Positions 8,356 through 17,354 of a stretch of 32,000 bases of DNA are shown piece by piece. Below the pieces are notes generated by a model. It ran no database searches and was not told the origin of the DNA. It saw nothing but the letters and a program-made list of their open reading frames with translations. Position 1 is the stretch's first letter. Every line of letters starts with the position of its first letter. The position numbers and the translations under genes are program-made. Source of the stretch: Candidatus Enterocola sp. (GTDB taxonomy: Bacteria > Bacteroidota > Bacteroidia > Bacteroidales > Paludibacteraceae); assembly GCA_045617165.1 (NCBI GenBank), contig JAZLIE010000152.1:1-32000 (forward strand), given 5' to 3'.

Positions 8356-8371
8356 GAAATAAGAAATAAGA
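8344..8371. repeat. Tandem heptamer AATAAGA x4 spanning the S1-gene stop codon
   Basis: There are four exact copies at 8344, 8351, 8358 and 8365. The stop TAA (8353-8355) lies inside the repeat. ATTTCTT follows and can pair with AAGAAAT. Confidence 0.7.
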
Positions 8372-8383
8372 ATTTCTTGTTTA

Positions 8384-10183
8384 ATGCGTAAACACCTGAT
8401 TACATTACTAATCTCCATTGCGGCTTTGTCAGCCAATGCCCAACTGAACACTGACCGATTGCTGGATATGGGGCGTAACGCGCTCTATTTTGAGGATTAT
8501 GTGGTGTCTATTAGATATTTCAATCAAGTTATTGAGGCAAAACCGCACCTCACAGACCCCTACTTCTTCCGGGCAATAGCAAAACTATATCTTGAAGACT
8601 ATAGCGGCTGCATATCAGACTGTAACTCAGCACTTGACATAAATCCGTTCCTTCCCAAGGTCTATTATCTGAGAGGATATGCTAAAAGATACCTTAAAGA
8701 TTGGAACTCCTCATCAGATGACCTTAAGAAAGCTCTTGAATTTGACCCTGAGAATAAAGAGATTTACATAGTGATAATTGAGAACTTGCTTCAGCAGGAC
8801 AAACTTGAAGAGGCATACACTCAAGGAATGGAGACTATTGAGAAGTTTCCGCACTATGCGGAGACATACATTCTTCTAACACAGGTGTTTCTTATGAAGA
8901 ATGACACTATAAAGGCGGAGAATGTTCTCAATACGGGTCTGGAATACAACAAGGAATCAGAGAACGGCTACGCCATACGTGGTATGCTCAGATATGAGAA
9001 AAAAGAGTACGCCTCAGCGCTTGAAGACCTTAACACAGCCGTCAAACTTAACGGTTTCCGCTCTGATTTTCTGATAAACCGTGCCATAATCAAAATGGAG
9101 ATGAATGACCTAAGAGGCTCTCTCTCTGATTTTAATGAGGCCATAAAACTTGACAACAAAAACTCAAACGCATACTATAACCGTGCTATTCTGAAGGCTG
9201 AGATTGGTGATGACAACAACTCAATAGATGACTTCTCAGTATGTCTGGCTCTTGACCCAAGCAACTACACAGCCTATTTCCAGCGTGCCATACTCCACTA
9301 CAAAGTGGGAGAATACAAAGAGGCTATAGCAGACTACAACACCATTATAAAGAGGTACCCCGATTTCACACCTGCATACTACGGACGTGGCGATGCCAAA
9401 AAGAAATTGCGTGACCGCAGCGGTGCTGAGAAAGACTATTTTGACGCAGGTCAGATTGAGAGTGACATAAAGAGCGGCAAACGCAAGCCACGACAAGGCA
9501 GTGAAGATGAACTTCAACCTACAAAAGAGGCTCGTGCCATAGTTCAAAAATTGAACACAAACGCATCAGAAAAGTATAAAAATGAGATAAGAGGTCAAGT
9601 ACAAGATAAGGATATTGACATTACACCACTGCCATGTTTTGTCATAGCCGTGGCAGACTCATCAGCAAAGACATTCCGTAAGCAGCAATATCATAAAGAT
9701 ATTGAGAAGGCTAACCAGCAATTGGAGGAGAAACTCAGTTTCTGTCTCTATGATAATGTAAAGACAAAGATTGATTTCGGAGGCACTACGGTTGTCTGCA
9801 CAGAGCCGCTCTGTTTCTTTAATCGTGGTAGTGAGAAGAGCGTTCAGTTACGTAATATTGTGATAAACGGTGGGCAAATTCTCATATCTGACTGCATATC
9901 AGCTATTAATGACTTTACAATGGCATACCAGCTTGACAACACACTTGTTTACGCTCTCTATAACACGGGTTATGTCTATATGGTAGCAAAGGATTTCAAA
10001 TCTGCCATAGAATACTACACTAAGGCAATTGAGCAATATGACCGTTTTGCTGAAGCGTATTACAACCGTGCCCTCATCTACATACTGCAAGGCGATAAAG
10101 AAAAAGCCCGTATAGACCTCAGCCGTGCTGGCGAACTTGGTCTATACGGAGCCTACAATGTTATGAAACGCTACGCTAAATAG
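8384..10183 (+). CDS. Exported tetratricopeptide-repeat (TPR) protein
   Basis: 599 aa with signal peptide MRKHLITLLISIAALSANAQ. Many TPR-like units (A..YYNRA.., AYF.RA..) occur at both ends. Confidence 0.8.
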   Translation: MRKHLITLLISIAALSANAQLNTDRLLDMGRNALYFEDYVVSIRYFNQVIEAKPHLTDPYFFRAIAKLYLEDYSGCISDCNSALDINPFLPKVYYLRGYAKRYLKDWNSSSDDLKKALEFDPENKEIYIVIIENLLQQDKLEEAYTQGMETIEKFPHYAETYILLTQVFLMKNDTIKAENVLNTGLEYNKESENGYAIRGMLRYEKKEYASALEDLNTAVKLNGFRSDFLINRAIIKMEMNDLRGSLSDFNEAIKLDNKNSNAYYNRAILKAEIGDDNNSIDDFSVCLALDPSNYTAYFQRAILHYKVGEYKEAIADYNTIIKRYPDFTPAYYGRGDAKKKLRDRSGAEKDYFDAGQIESDIKSGKRKPRQGSEDELQPTKEARAIVQKLNTNASEKYKNEIRGQVQDKDIDITPLPCFVIAVADSSAKTFRKQQYHKDIEKANQQLEEKLSFCLYDNVKTKIDFGGTTVVCTEPLCFFNRGSEKSVQLRNIVINGGQILISDCISAINDFTMAYQLDNTLVYALYNTGYVYMVAKDFKSAIEYYTKAIEQYDRFAEAYYNRALIYILQGDKEKARIDLSRAGELGLYGAYNVMKRYAK

Positions 10184-10185
10184 CC

Positions 10186-10563
10186 TTAAAAAGGCAAATC
10201 ACTACCGCTATCCTCAGCCTCTATGGCAGGGGCAGGAGCAGGTGCTGGTGTGGCTGCTGGTTTGGACTCTTTCTGCTGTGGAGCGGACTCTCCGGCAGCC
10301 TCAATCTTCCACGCTCTTACTGATGTGTACCAACGACCGTTGAACTCACGGGACTCCACGTCAAAATAGACGGTTAGAGCCGCACCCATAGTACATTTTG
10401 CACTAAATTCATCGTGTCTGCTTCCGAAAAGTTCAAAAGCTACCTTACGCGGGCGGTCTCCATCTGTCTCAAGCACAAATGTTTGTGACTTCCACTCATT
10501 TCCAGCCTTACTTGTACCCTTCTGAAGGTCACAAACGGCAATAATTTTTCCTGTTATATCCAT
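10186..10563 (-). CDS. DUF3127 domain-containing protein
   Basis: 125 aa with the motifs MDITGKIIAV, GNEWKSQTFVLET and ESREFNGRWYTSVRAWKIE. The C-terminal tail is Ala/Pro-rich and acidic. Confidence 0.8.
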   Translation of the reverse strand: MDITGKIIAVCDLQKGTSKAGNEWKSQTFVLETDGDRPRKVAFELFGSRHDEFSAKCTMGAALTVYFDVESREFNGRWYTSVRAWKIEAAGESAPQQKESKPAATPAPAPAPAIEAEDSGSDLPF

Positions 10564-10574
10564 AATTGATTCAA

Positions 10575-10602
10575 TTGAAAATTGAAAGTTGAAAATTGAA
10601 AG
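10575..10602. repeat. Tandem 14-mer TTGAAAATTGAAAG x2 (equivalent to heptamer TTGAAAR x4)
   Basis: Exact copies lie at 10575-10588 and 10589-10602, in the lon-DUF3127 spacer. Confidence 0.7.
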
Positions 10603-10613
10603 TTATTAGTTTT

Positions 10614-13034
10614 TTATTTTAACGCTAAGTTAAATACTTCTGTTACATTTGATACATAATGGAACTCAAGTCCTTTTATGTAAACGGGTTTAATCTCATC
10701 AATGTTCTTTTTGTTCTCCTTACAAAGAATGAGAGTTGTGACACCTGCACGTTTGGCTGCAAGTATTTTCTCTTTAATACCGCCTACCGGAAGCACGTCA
10801 CCAAGCAACGTAACCTCTCCTGTCATTGCTATATGAGGTTTCACCTTCCTCTTTGTAATGGCAGATAATAATGAAGTTGCCATTGTTATACCTGCCGATG
10901 GTCCGTCCTTTGGAATAGCACCCTCTGGCACGTGTATGTGAATAACAGCATCATCAAAGAACTTGTCTTTTATACCCAACTCTTTAGCGTGTGCCTTTAT
11001 ATATGAGAGTCCAAGTGACGCTGACTCCTTCATAACATCGCCCAGATTTCCTGTGAGGGTGAGACTTGGTGTCTTGCCACGACTTATACTTGTCTCTATC
11101 TCCAATGTACACCCGCCTACAGCGGTCCATGCAAGTCCTGTCACCTTTCCTATCTTCAAATCCTTAGCCTGCGTGTCAATGCTGTATATCTCTGTGCCAA
11201 GCAACTCCTTAACCTGTTCCACTTCTATTGCAGGCTCAAAACTCTCATCCATAGCCACCCTCTTTGCAACCTTTCTTGCAACACCTGCTATCTGCTTGTC
11301 AAGGGCTCGCACACCGGACTCCCTTGTGTAGTGGTCAATAATATATGATACAGCCTTTTTTGACAAGTTTGCCTGTTCCTTGGTAATGCCGTGGTTCCGC
11401 CACTCATTAGGTATAAGGTGACGCATTGCTATCTCAACCTTCTCCTGCTGAATGTAACCGCTTATGTTAATCAGTTCCATTCTGTCAAGCAGCGCGGGTG
11501 CTATGGTGTTCAGCGTATTCGCTGTTGCTATGAATAGCACCTTTGAGAGGTCAAAATTAATGTCAAGGTAGTTATCGTGGAAAGAACTGTTCTGCTCAGG
11601 GTCAAGCACCTCAAGAAGCGCCGATGCCGGGTCTCCCTTATAGTCAGCCCCCACCTTGTCTATCTCATCAAGAATGAATACAGGATTTGACGAGCCAACC
11701 TTAAGAATATTCTCTATTATCCTGCCAGGCAAAGCACCTATGTAAGTTCTGCGGTGACCGCGTATCTCAGCCTCATCGTGTAATCCGCCAAGTGATATAC
11801 GGGCATATTTTCTACCCAATGCCTGAGCCACTGATTTTCCAAGTGATGTCTTACCAACACCCGGAGGTCCGTAGAGGCAGAGTATCGGGGATTTCATATC
11901 GCCTTTAAGTTTAAGCACGGCAAGGTGCTCAACTATTCTCTCCTTTACATCATCAAGCCCGTAGTGGTTCTTGTCAAGAACCCTTTGCGCCTTCTTTAAG
12001 TCAAAATCATCTTTTGTATACTCATTCCAAGGCAAATCCACAAGTGTCTGGACATAGTTCAACTGAATGGAATAGTCAGGGGCGCTTGATGAGAGTGCCT
12101 GAAGTTTGCGCATCTCCTTCTCAAAGAACTCTTTGGTCTCCTGGTTCCACTTCTTTGTCTTAGCCTTCTCCTCTATACTCTTGTAATCCTGCTCCTGCGT
12201 GGTTCCACCCAACTCTTTCTGAATGGTCTTCATCTGCTGTTGCAGGAAATATTCACGCTGCTGCTTATCTATGTTCTCCATAGCCTTTGACTGAATGGCG
12301 TTCTTAATCTGCAACAGATTAAGTTCCTTGGTCAAAGCGGCTAACAGGCGCTCCGCACGGTCTTGCAACTCAGGTATTTCCAGAAGTGCCTGTTTATCTT
12401 CAAGAGATATATTTATGTTGCAACTTATGAAATTTATTATGAATGCGGGAGAATCTATGTTCTTAACGGCGAACATCATCTCCTGATGAGAACCTCCGCT
12501 CAAACGAACTATCTGCTGAGCCGCATCCTTGATGGCTGCTATATGAGCCTTGAACTCGTGAGTGCGTGGCGCAGTCTGAGTGTGAGGCCACAAATTCACC
12601 TTTGCCATAAAATATGGCTCTTTGCTCACTATCTCTTTAATTGAGAAACGGCATCTGCCTTGCAAAATAACTGTGGTTGAGCCATCTGGCATCTCAAGTA
12701 TCCTCAGAATCTGGGCTATTGTACCAACTGTGAAAAGGTCTTCAACTGTAGGTTCCTCAACAAGTCCGTCTTTCTGAGCCACGGCACCTATGACACCGTT
12801 GTTGGCGATAACCTCTCTCACAAGTTTGAGAGATTTCTTGCGTCCTACATTTATAGGCAGAACAATGCCCGGGAATAACACAACATTACGGAGCGGAAGC
12901 AGAGGAACATCTTGATTATTCTCTATCAACTTCAGATACTCCTTGTCCTCATCGGCTATCATAGGAATAAGTGTGGACTCCCCTCCCCTTTCAGGAGCGG
13001 CCTCAATCAAAATTCTACTATCTATACTCTTCAT
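10614..13034 (-). CDS. lon: ATP-dependent Lon protease (endopeptidase La)
   Basis: 806 aa with a LON N-domain. The Walker A is GPPGVGKTS, the Walker B is FILDEIDK, and the catalytic Ser lies in PKDGPSAGITM. The ATG overlaps the pheS stop by 1 nt (TAATG). Confidence 0.96.
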   Translation of the reverse strand: MKSIDSRILIEAAPERGGESTLIPMIADEDKEYLKLIENNQDVPLLPLRNVVLFPGIVLPINVGRKKSLKLVREVIANNGVIGAVAQKDGLVEEPTVEDLFTVGTIAQILRILEMPDGSTTVILQGRCRFSIKEIVSKEPYFMAKVNLWPHTQTAPRTHEFKAHIAAIKDAAQQIVRLSGGSHQEMMFAVKNIDSPAFIINFISCNINISLEDKQALLEIPELQDRAERLLAALTKELNLLQIKNAIQSKAMENIDKQQREYFLQQQMKTIQKELGGTTQEQDYKSIEEKAKTKKWNQETKEFFEKEMRKLQALSSSAPDYSIQLNYVQTLVDLPWNEYTKDDFDLKKAQRVLDKNHYGLDDVKERIVEHLAVLKLKGDMKSPILCLYGPPGVGKTSLGKSVAQALGRKYARISLGGLHDEAEIRGHRRTYIGALPGRIIENILKVGSSNPVFILDEIDKVGADYKGDPASALLEVLDPEQNSSFHDNYLDINFDLSKVLFIATANTLNTIAPALLDRMELINISGYIQQEKVEIAMRHLIPNEWRNHGITKEQANLSKKAVSYIIDHYTRESGVRALDKQIAGVARKVAKRVAMDESFEPAIEVEQVKELLGTEIYSIDTQAKDLKIGKVTGLAWTAVGGCTLEIETSISRGKTPSLTLTGNLGDVMKESASLGLSYIKAHAKELGIKDKFFDDAVIHIHVPEGAIPKDGPSAGITMATSLLSAITKRKVKPHIAMTGEVTLLGDVLPVGGIKEKILAAKRAGVTTLILCKENKKNIDEIKPVYIKGLEFHYVSNVTEVFNLALK

Positions 13035-14053
13035 TAAAGGGCTGAATCAAACTGTTTAAGGAATCGCAAGTCATTCTCAGAGAACATTCTGAGGTCTTTG
13101 CAACGGAATTTTAGATTGGCTATACGCTCCACACCCATACCAAAGGCGTAACCTGAGTAAACCTTTGAGTCAATGCCGCAAGCCTCAAGAACGGCAGGGT
13201 CAACCATACCGCAGCCAAGAATCTCAACCCAACCTGTATGTTTGCAGAAAGCGCAACCCTTGCCACCGCACAAGTCACAAGAGATATCCATCTCAGCACT
13301 TGGCTCCGTAAACGGGAAGTATGACGGACGCAGACGAATTTGAGTATCCTCACCAAACATCTCCTTTGCGAAATAAAGAAGCGCCTGCTTCAAATCAGCG
13401 AATGATACATTCTTGTCAATATAGAGACCCTCCACCTGGTGGAAGAAACAGTGGGCACGATATGAGATTGCCTCATTTCTGTAAACTCTACCCGGACAAA
13501 GCACACGGATAGGAGGTTTCTGTGTTGTCATAACGTGAGACTGCACGCTTGAAGTATGTGTCCTGAGAAGAATATCGGGGTTCTTCTCTATGAAGAAAGT
13601 GTCCTGCATATCACGTGCAGGGTGCTCCGGCGGGAAGTTCAACGCCCCGAACACGTGCCAGTCATCTTCTATCTCAGGCCCCTCAGCCACAGTAAAACCA
13701 AGACGTGAGAAGATGTCAATTATCTCATTCTTAACAATGGAGAGCGGGTGTCGTGTTCCGAACTCAATGGGGCTCTCAGAACGAGACATATCAACCATAT
13801 TCTCTGCTGAAACCTGACTATCAAAAGCCTCCTTCATTTCAGAGAGTCTCTGCTGTGTAACATTCTTAAGTTCATTAAGCATCTGACCTACAATGCGTTT
13901 CTCATCGCCTGCAACATTCTTGAAATCATTAAACAGTTGGGATATCTCACCCTTCTTACTTAAATATTTAATACGCATCTGCTCCACCTCATCGGCACTG
14001 GAAGCGGTCAGATTCCTAACCTCATTTAATAACGCTTCAATTTTCTCTTTCAT
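13034..14053 (-). CDS. pheS: Phenylalanine--tRNA ligase alpha subunit
   Basis: The class II aaRS motifs are FPPEHPARDMQDTF, RTHTSSVQ, GRVYRNE and GYAFGMGVERIA. The ORF track extends to 14128. I place the start at ATG 14051-14053 (MKEKIEALL) because a minus-strand TAAATTTG box lies 24 nt upstream of it. Confidence 0.93.
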   Translation of the reverse strand: MKEKIEALLNEVRNLTASSADEVEQMRIKYLSKKGEISQLFNDFKNVAGDEKRIVGQMLNELKNVTQQRLSEMKEAFDSQVSAENMVDMSRSESPIEFGTRHPLSIVKNEIIDIFSRLGFTVAEGPEIEDDWHVFGALNFPPEHPARDMQDTFFIEKNPDILLRTHTSSVQSHVMTTQKPPIRVLCPGRVYRNEAISYRAHCFFHQVEGLYIDKNVSFADLKQALLYFAKEMFGEDTQIRLRPSYFPFTEPSAEMDISCDLCGGKGCAFCKHTGWVEILGCGMVDPAVLEACGIDSKVYSGYAFGMGVERIANLKFRCKDLRMFSENDLRFLKQFDSAL

Positions 14054-14076
14054 TTCGTCTATTTTTTTTGAAACTG

Positions 14077-14084
14077 CAAATTTA
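14077..14084 (-). promoter_or_regulatory. Bacteroidota -7 promoter box (TAAATTTG on minus strand) for pheS-lon
   Basis: The plus-strand caaattta matches TAnnTTTG on the minus strand. Confidence 0.5.
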
Positions 14085-14109
14085 CTAAAAATATTAAACC
14101 ATAGAGCCA

Positions 14110-14838
14110 TTAAAATTTCAACCTGCAAGATACCCCGACAGAGTTGTCTATCGCCCTATCCTTAGTGGCTGGTATAACAGCGGGAGACAAGTGCATTGAC
14201 AAATCAGGAGAGACATCGTAGTCCCTCAACTGAGAGTCAACGTATGAGTCAATAATAGAGAGCATATATAGAACAACCGTTGCAAGAATACTCAAATCAC
14301 GGTTACGCTGATACCCTTCCATCTTGCTTTTGAACGTGCGCTTATAATAATCTATGTTTGATGATGTTATCTCAACCCCCGATGGCAACAGATACTTATA
14401 GTAGTCAGCGTTAGGGTCTGTGCTACATAAATCAGTGTACCCCCTCCTGTATTCAACATACAACTCATTATTCCACGATATGGCATACCCAAGCCCAGCG
14501 AAACCACCATATACTATAGGCAGTTTCCAATACTGACGGTTATATATCTGACCTGCCCCTGGAAATATGGCGGCTATCCACGCAGCCATCTCAGGTTTAG
14601 GAATCCTGTTTATGCGCCTGAGCCTATCCTGGCGTTTTTGCTCCGCCTCAACCTCTTTCATCAGATATAGAGTATCAAGCGTAACAACATCTGTATCAGA
14701 CATTAATGATGACAGTTCAGCAAGAGCGACATTAGCGGAAACAGTATCAACCGTTGCAGCAACAGTAATAGAGTCAGCAGCGTAAGCACATACTACTGAG
14801 AATATTAGAAAAACCGTATATGCCGCTACCCTACGCAT
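14110..14838 (-). CDS. DUF5683 domain-containing protein
   Basis: 242 aa with a signal peptide and the motif AAIFPGAGQIYNRQYWKLPIVYGGFAGLGYA. It occupies the usual position downstream of parB in Bacteroidales. Its ATG overlaps the parB stop (TAATG). Confidence 0.8.
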   Translation of the reverse strand: MRRVAAYTVFLIFSVVCAYAADSITVAATVDTVSANVALAELSSLMSDTDVVTLDTLYLMKEVEAEQKRQDRLRRINRIPKPEMAAWIAAIFPGAGQIYNRQYWKLPIVYGGFAGLGYAISWNNELYVEYRRGYTDLCSTDPNADYYKYLLPSGVEITSSNIDYYKRTFKSKMEGYQRNRDLSILATVVLYMLSIIDSYVDSQLRDYDVSPDLSMHLSPAVIPATKDRAIDNSVGVSCRLKF

Positions 14839-15701
14839 TACTGAATCTTATCAAGCAGAGAGAGAATGTTTTCAAACTGCTCATCACTCTTAAATGACAG
14901 TACAATTTTACCAGTACCCCTCTCTGAGTGGTCTATTGTGACTTTTGAGTTAAACACACTTGATAGTTTGGCACATAGTGACTCATAATCTGAACTCTTC
15001 TCTCTTTGAGGCTTTGCGGAAGGTTCAGACTTCTTTTGCTGAGCCAACTGTTCAAGCCTGCGCACAGGCAGCCCCTCCTTAACCGTAAGTTCATAAAGTT
15101 CAAGCATTCTCTTGGTGTCCTCAACCCCTACAAGCGCGCGTGCGTGCCCCATATCTATCTTGCCCTCCTTAATACCCAATTGAATCTCAGCAGGCAGTTT
15201 CAGTAACCTTAAATAGTTAGCCACAGTGGCACGTTTCTTCCCCACCTTCTCTGCCAGACGCTCCTGAGTGAATTTATAATCATCAATCAAACGCTGGTAT
15301 GAGAGGGAAATCTCTATGGCATTCAAATCCTCACGTTGTATATTCTCCACCAGAGCCATCTCCATAAGAGTCTCATCTGTGGCGGTCTTTATATAAGCCG
15401 GAATTGACTCCAAGCCACACCTCTTTGCCGCGCGCCAGCGTCTCTCACCAGATATAATCTGATACCTGCCTCCAGCCATCTCCCTTAGCGTTATAGGCTG
15501 TACAACACCATACTCCTTTATTGAGGCGGCAAGTTCATCCAACGCCTCCTCATCAAAAACAGTACGCGGCTGATTAGGATTGGCGTCAATCAAATTCAAG
15601 GCAATCTCACTAATCTGAGATGACCCCGATGTCTGAACATTATCAAGTTCAATAAGAGCGCCAAGCCCTCTTCCAAGTGCATTTTTCTTAGGTTGTGCCA
15701 T
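14838..15701 (-). CDS. parB: ParB/Spo0J chromosome partitioning protein
   Basis: 287 aa with the ParB box GERRWRAA and an HTH region (ERLAEKVGKKRATVANYLRLLKLP). Its ATG overlaps the parA stop (TAATG). Confidence 0.95.
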   Translation of the reverse strand: MAQPKKNALGRGLGALIELDNVQTSGSSQISEIALNLIDANPNQPRTVFDEEALDELAASIKEYGVVQPITLREMAGGRYQIISGERRWRAAKRCGLESIPAYIKTATDETLMEMALVENIQREDLNAIEISLSYQRLIDDYKFTQERLAEKVGKKRATVANYLRLLKLPAEIQLGIKEGKIDMGHARALVGVEDTKRMLELYELTVKEGLPVRRLEQLAQQKKSEPSAKPQREKSSDYESLCAKLSSVFNSKVTIDHSERGTGKIVLSFKSDEQFENILSLLDKIQ

Positions 15702-16468
15702 TATTTAGAGTTCTTTTTAGTTATTTCCTGAGCAAGTTGGATATAATTCTGAGCCCCACGTGAATCAGCGTCATAGAGAATAACTGGAATGCCGTGGCTT
15801 GGAGACTCGCTGAGTTTAATATTACGCTGTATGACAGTCTCAAACACCATATCACCAAAATACTGCTTAACCTCACTGTAAACCTGGTTTGCAAGTTTCA
15901 AGCGGCTGTCATACATAGTGAGCAGAAAGCCCTCTATCTCAAGTGCCGTATTCAATCGGCTCTTTATTATCTTAATGGTATTCAATAGTTTGCTTATACC
16001 TTCCAAAGCATAATATTCAGCCTGTACAGGTATTATAACACTATCAGCGGCGGTAAGGCAGTTAATAGTAATAAGTCCTAAAGATGGAGAGCAATCAATA
16101 AGCACATAGTCATAATTATCCTTGACAGGTGCTATCAACCTCTTAAGCAGATACTCACGCTCTTGCATTTTAATCATCTCAACCTCAGCGCCCACCAAAT
16201 CAATGTGAGAGGGCAGCACATCAAGTTTATCCATCTCAGTATGCTGAATTGCCTTTTCAGCACTCTCACCATTTATAAGGCACTCATATATTGTGGTCTC
16301 CAACTTAGTAATGTCAATGTTCAACCCCGATGACGCATTAGCCTGAGGGTCAGCATCAACAACAAGCACACGCTTCTCAAGCACAGCAAGAGAAGCCGCT
16401 AAATTAATGGCGGTAGTGGTCTTCCCCACACCACCTTTCTGGTTTGCAATAGCTATTATCTTTCCCAT
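15701..16468 (-). CDS. parA: ParA/Soj chromosome partitioning ATPase
   Basis: The deviant Walker A is KGGVGKTT. I placed the start at MGKIIAIANQ (ATG 16466-16468) rather than the ORF-track 16486. A -7 box lies 23 nt upstream. Confidence 0.95.
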   Translation of the reverse strand: MGKIIAIANQKGGVGKTTTAINLAASLAVLEKRVLVVDADPQANASSGLNIDITKLETTIYECLINGESAEKAIQHTEMDKLDVLPSHIDLVGAEVEMIKMQEREYLLKRLIAPVKDNYDYVLIDCSPSLGLITINCLTAADSVIIPVQAEYYALEGISKLLNTIKIIKSRLNTALEIEGFLLTMYDSRLKLANQVYSEVKQYFGDMVFETVIQRNIKLSESPSHGIPVILYDADSRGAQNYIQLAQEITKKNSK

Positions 16469-16490
16469 AAATACACTTTTTAACAAGGTA

Positions 16491-16498
16491 CAAAGATA
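16491..16498 (-). promoter_or_regulatory. Bacteroidota -7 promoter box (TATCTTTG on minus strand) for parAB
   Basis: Read from the plus-strand caaagata. Confidence 0.55.
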
Positions 16499-16579
16499 GC
16501 GTTTAGCAATTGCAATTGCAAAAAAAACTTTTACACAAAATTTATATTATATGAATATTGATTTTTGACATAAAAATAT

Positions 16580-16587
16580 TATCTTTG
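16580..16587 (+). promoter_or_regulatory. Bacteroidota -7 promoter box (TATCTTTG) for the NifU-like/GGGtGRT operon
   Basis: Exact TATCTTTG, 52 nt upstream of the ATG at 16640. Confidence 0.5.
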
Positions 16588-16639
16588 TGACTTGTAAAAA
16601 AATATAACAATATTCACTTTAACTTAATTTATAAAAACA

Positions 16640-17341
16640 ATGGTTTATTCACACGAAGTAGAAAACATGTGTGTTGTAAAAAAAGGTCCTAACCACGGAC
16701 CCGCCCCTATACCTGAAGAGGGTAAATGGGTAAAGGCTAAAGAGATTAAGGACATCTCAGGCCTTACACACGGTATCGGTTGGTGCGCTCCTCAGCAGGG
16801 TGCTTGTAAATTAACACTTAATGTAAAGGAAGGTATTATACAAGAGGCGCTTGTAGAGACTATAGGTTGCTCAGGTATGACACACTCCGCCGCTATGGCA
16901 TCTGAGATTCTTCCTGGAAAAACTCTTCTTGAGGCCCTTAACACAGACCTTGTTTGCGATGCCATCAACACCGCAATGCGTGAGCTTTTCCTTCAGATTG
17001 TTTACGGCCGTACACAGTCCGCTTTCTCAGAGGGCGGTCTTACAATTGGCGCCGGACTTGAGGACCTTGGCAAGGGTTTCATAAGCCAGACAGGCACTCT
17101 TTACAGCACAAAAGTTAAAGGTCCTCGTTACCTGCAACTTACAGAAGGTTACATTACAAAAATGTTCCTTGATGCTGATGATGAGGTCTGCGGTTATGAA
17201 TTTGTACATCTTGGCAAATTTATGGACGCTATTAAGAAAGGCAAGCCAGCCGATGAGGCTCTTAAGAGCGTAACCGGCACATACGGACGCACAAAACCAG
17301 AGCAAGGTGCAGTTAAATCTATTGACCCACGTAAAGAATAA
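16640..17341 (+). CDS. NifU/IscU-like iron-sulfur scaffold-domain protein (atypical, 233 aa)
   Basis: Three Cys are spaced as in IscU-type scaffolds (GWCAPQQGAC; IGCSGMTHSAAMASE; LVCDAINTA), followed by an extra ~100-aa C-terminal region. It lies immediately upstream of the GGGtGRT gene. Confidence 0.65.
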   Translation: MVYSHEVENMCVVKKGPNHGPAPIPEEGKWVKAKEIKDISGLTHGIGWCAPQQGACKLTLNVKEGIIQEALVETIGCSGMTHSAAMASEILPGKTLLEALNTDLVCDAINTAMRELFLQIVYGRTQSAFSEGGLTIGAGLEDLGKGFISQTGTLYSTKVKGPRYLQLTEGYITKMFLDADDEVCGYEFVHLGKFMDAIKKGKPADEALKSVTGTYGRTKPEQGAVKSIDPRKE

Positions 17342-17354
17342 GGAGGACAAAGCC

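Noticed and set aside
7487-10602. Short tandem repeats at 7487, 8344 and 10575, considered as possible CRISPR or iteron arrays.
   Set aside because: The units are only 7-14 nt long, directly abutting with no spacers, and number 2-4 copies. There are no cas genes. They are not CRISPR arrays.
14054-14128. N-terminal extensions in the ORF track: pheS to 14128, GGGtGRT from 17307, parA to 16486, DUF3990 from 18640, the ATPase from 3590 and the GHKL ATPase from 27588.
   Set aside because: The extensions overlap upstream genes or promoter boxes and add non-conserved residues. Internal ATGs give canonical N-termini with proper spacing to TAnnTTTG boxes, or give ATGA coupling.
15752-15767. AGCCCCACGTGAATCA inside the 3' end of parA resembles a parS site (TGTTTCACGTGAAACA).
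   Set aside because: Only 11 of 16 positions match, and the left half-site is poor (4 of 8). The match is not palindromic enough to call.
16505-16519. GCAATTGCAATTGCA overlapping palindromes upstream of parA, considered as a parS or operator site.
   Set aside because: It is very short and AT-rich, with no resemblance to known parS. It cannot be distinguished from chance using this window alone.
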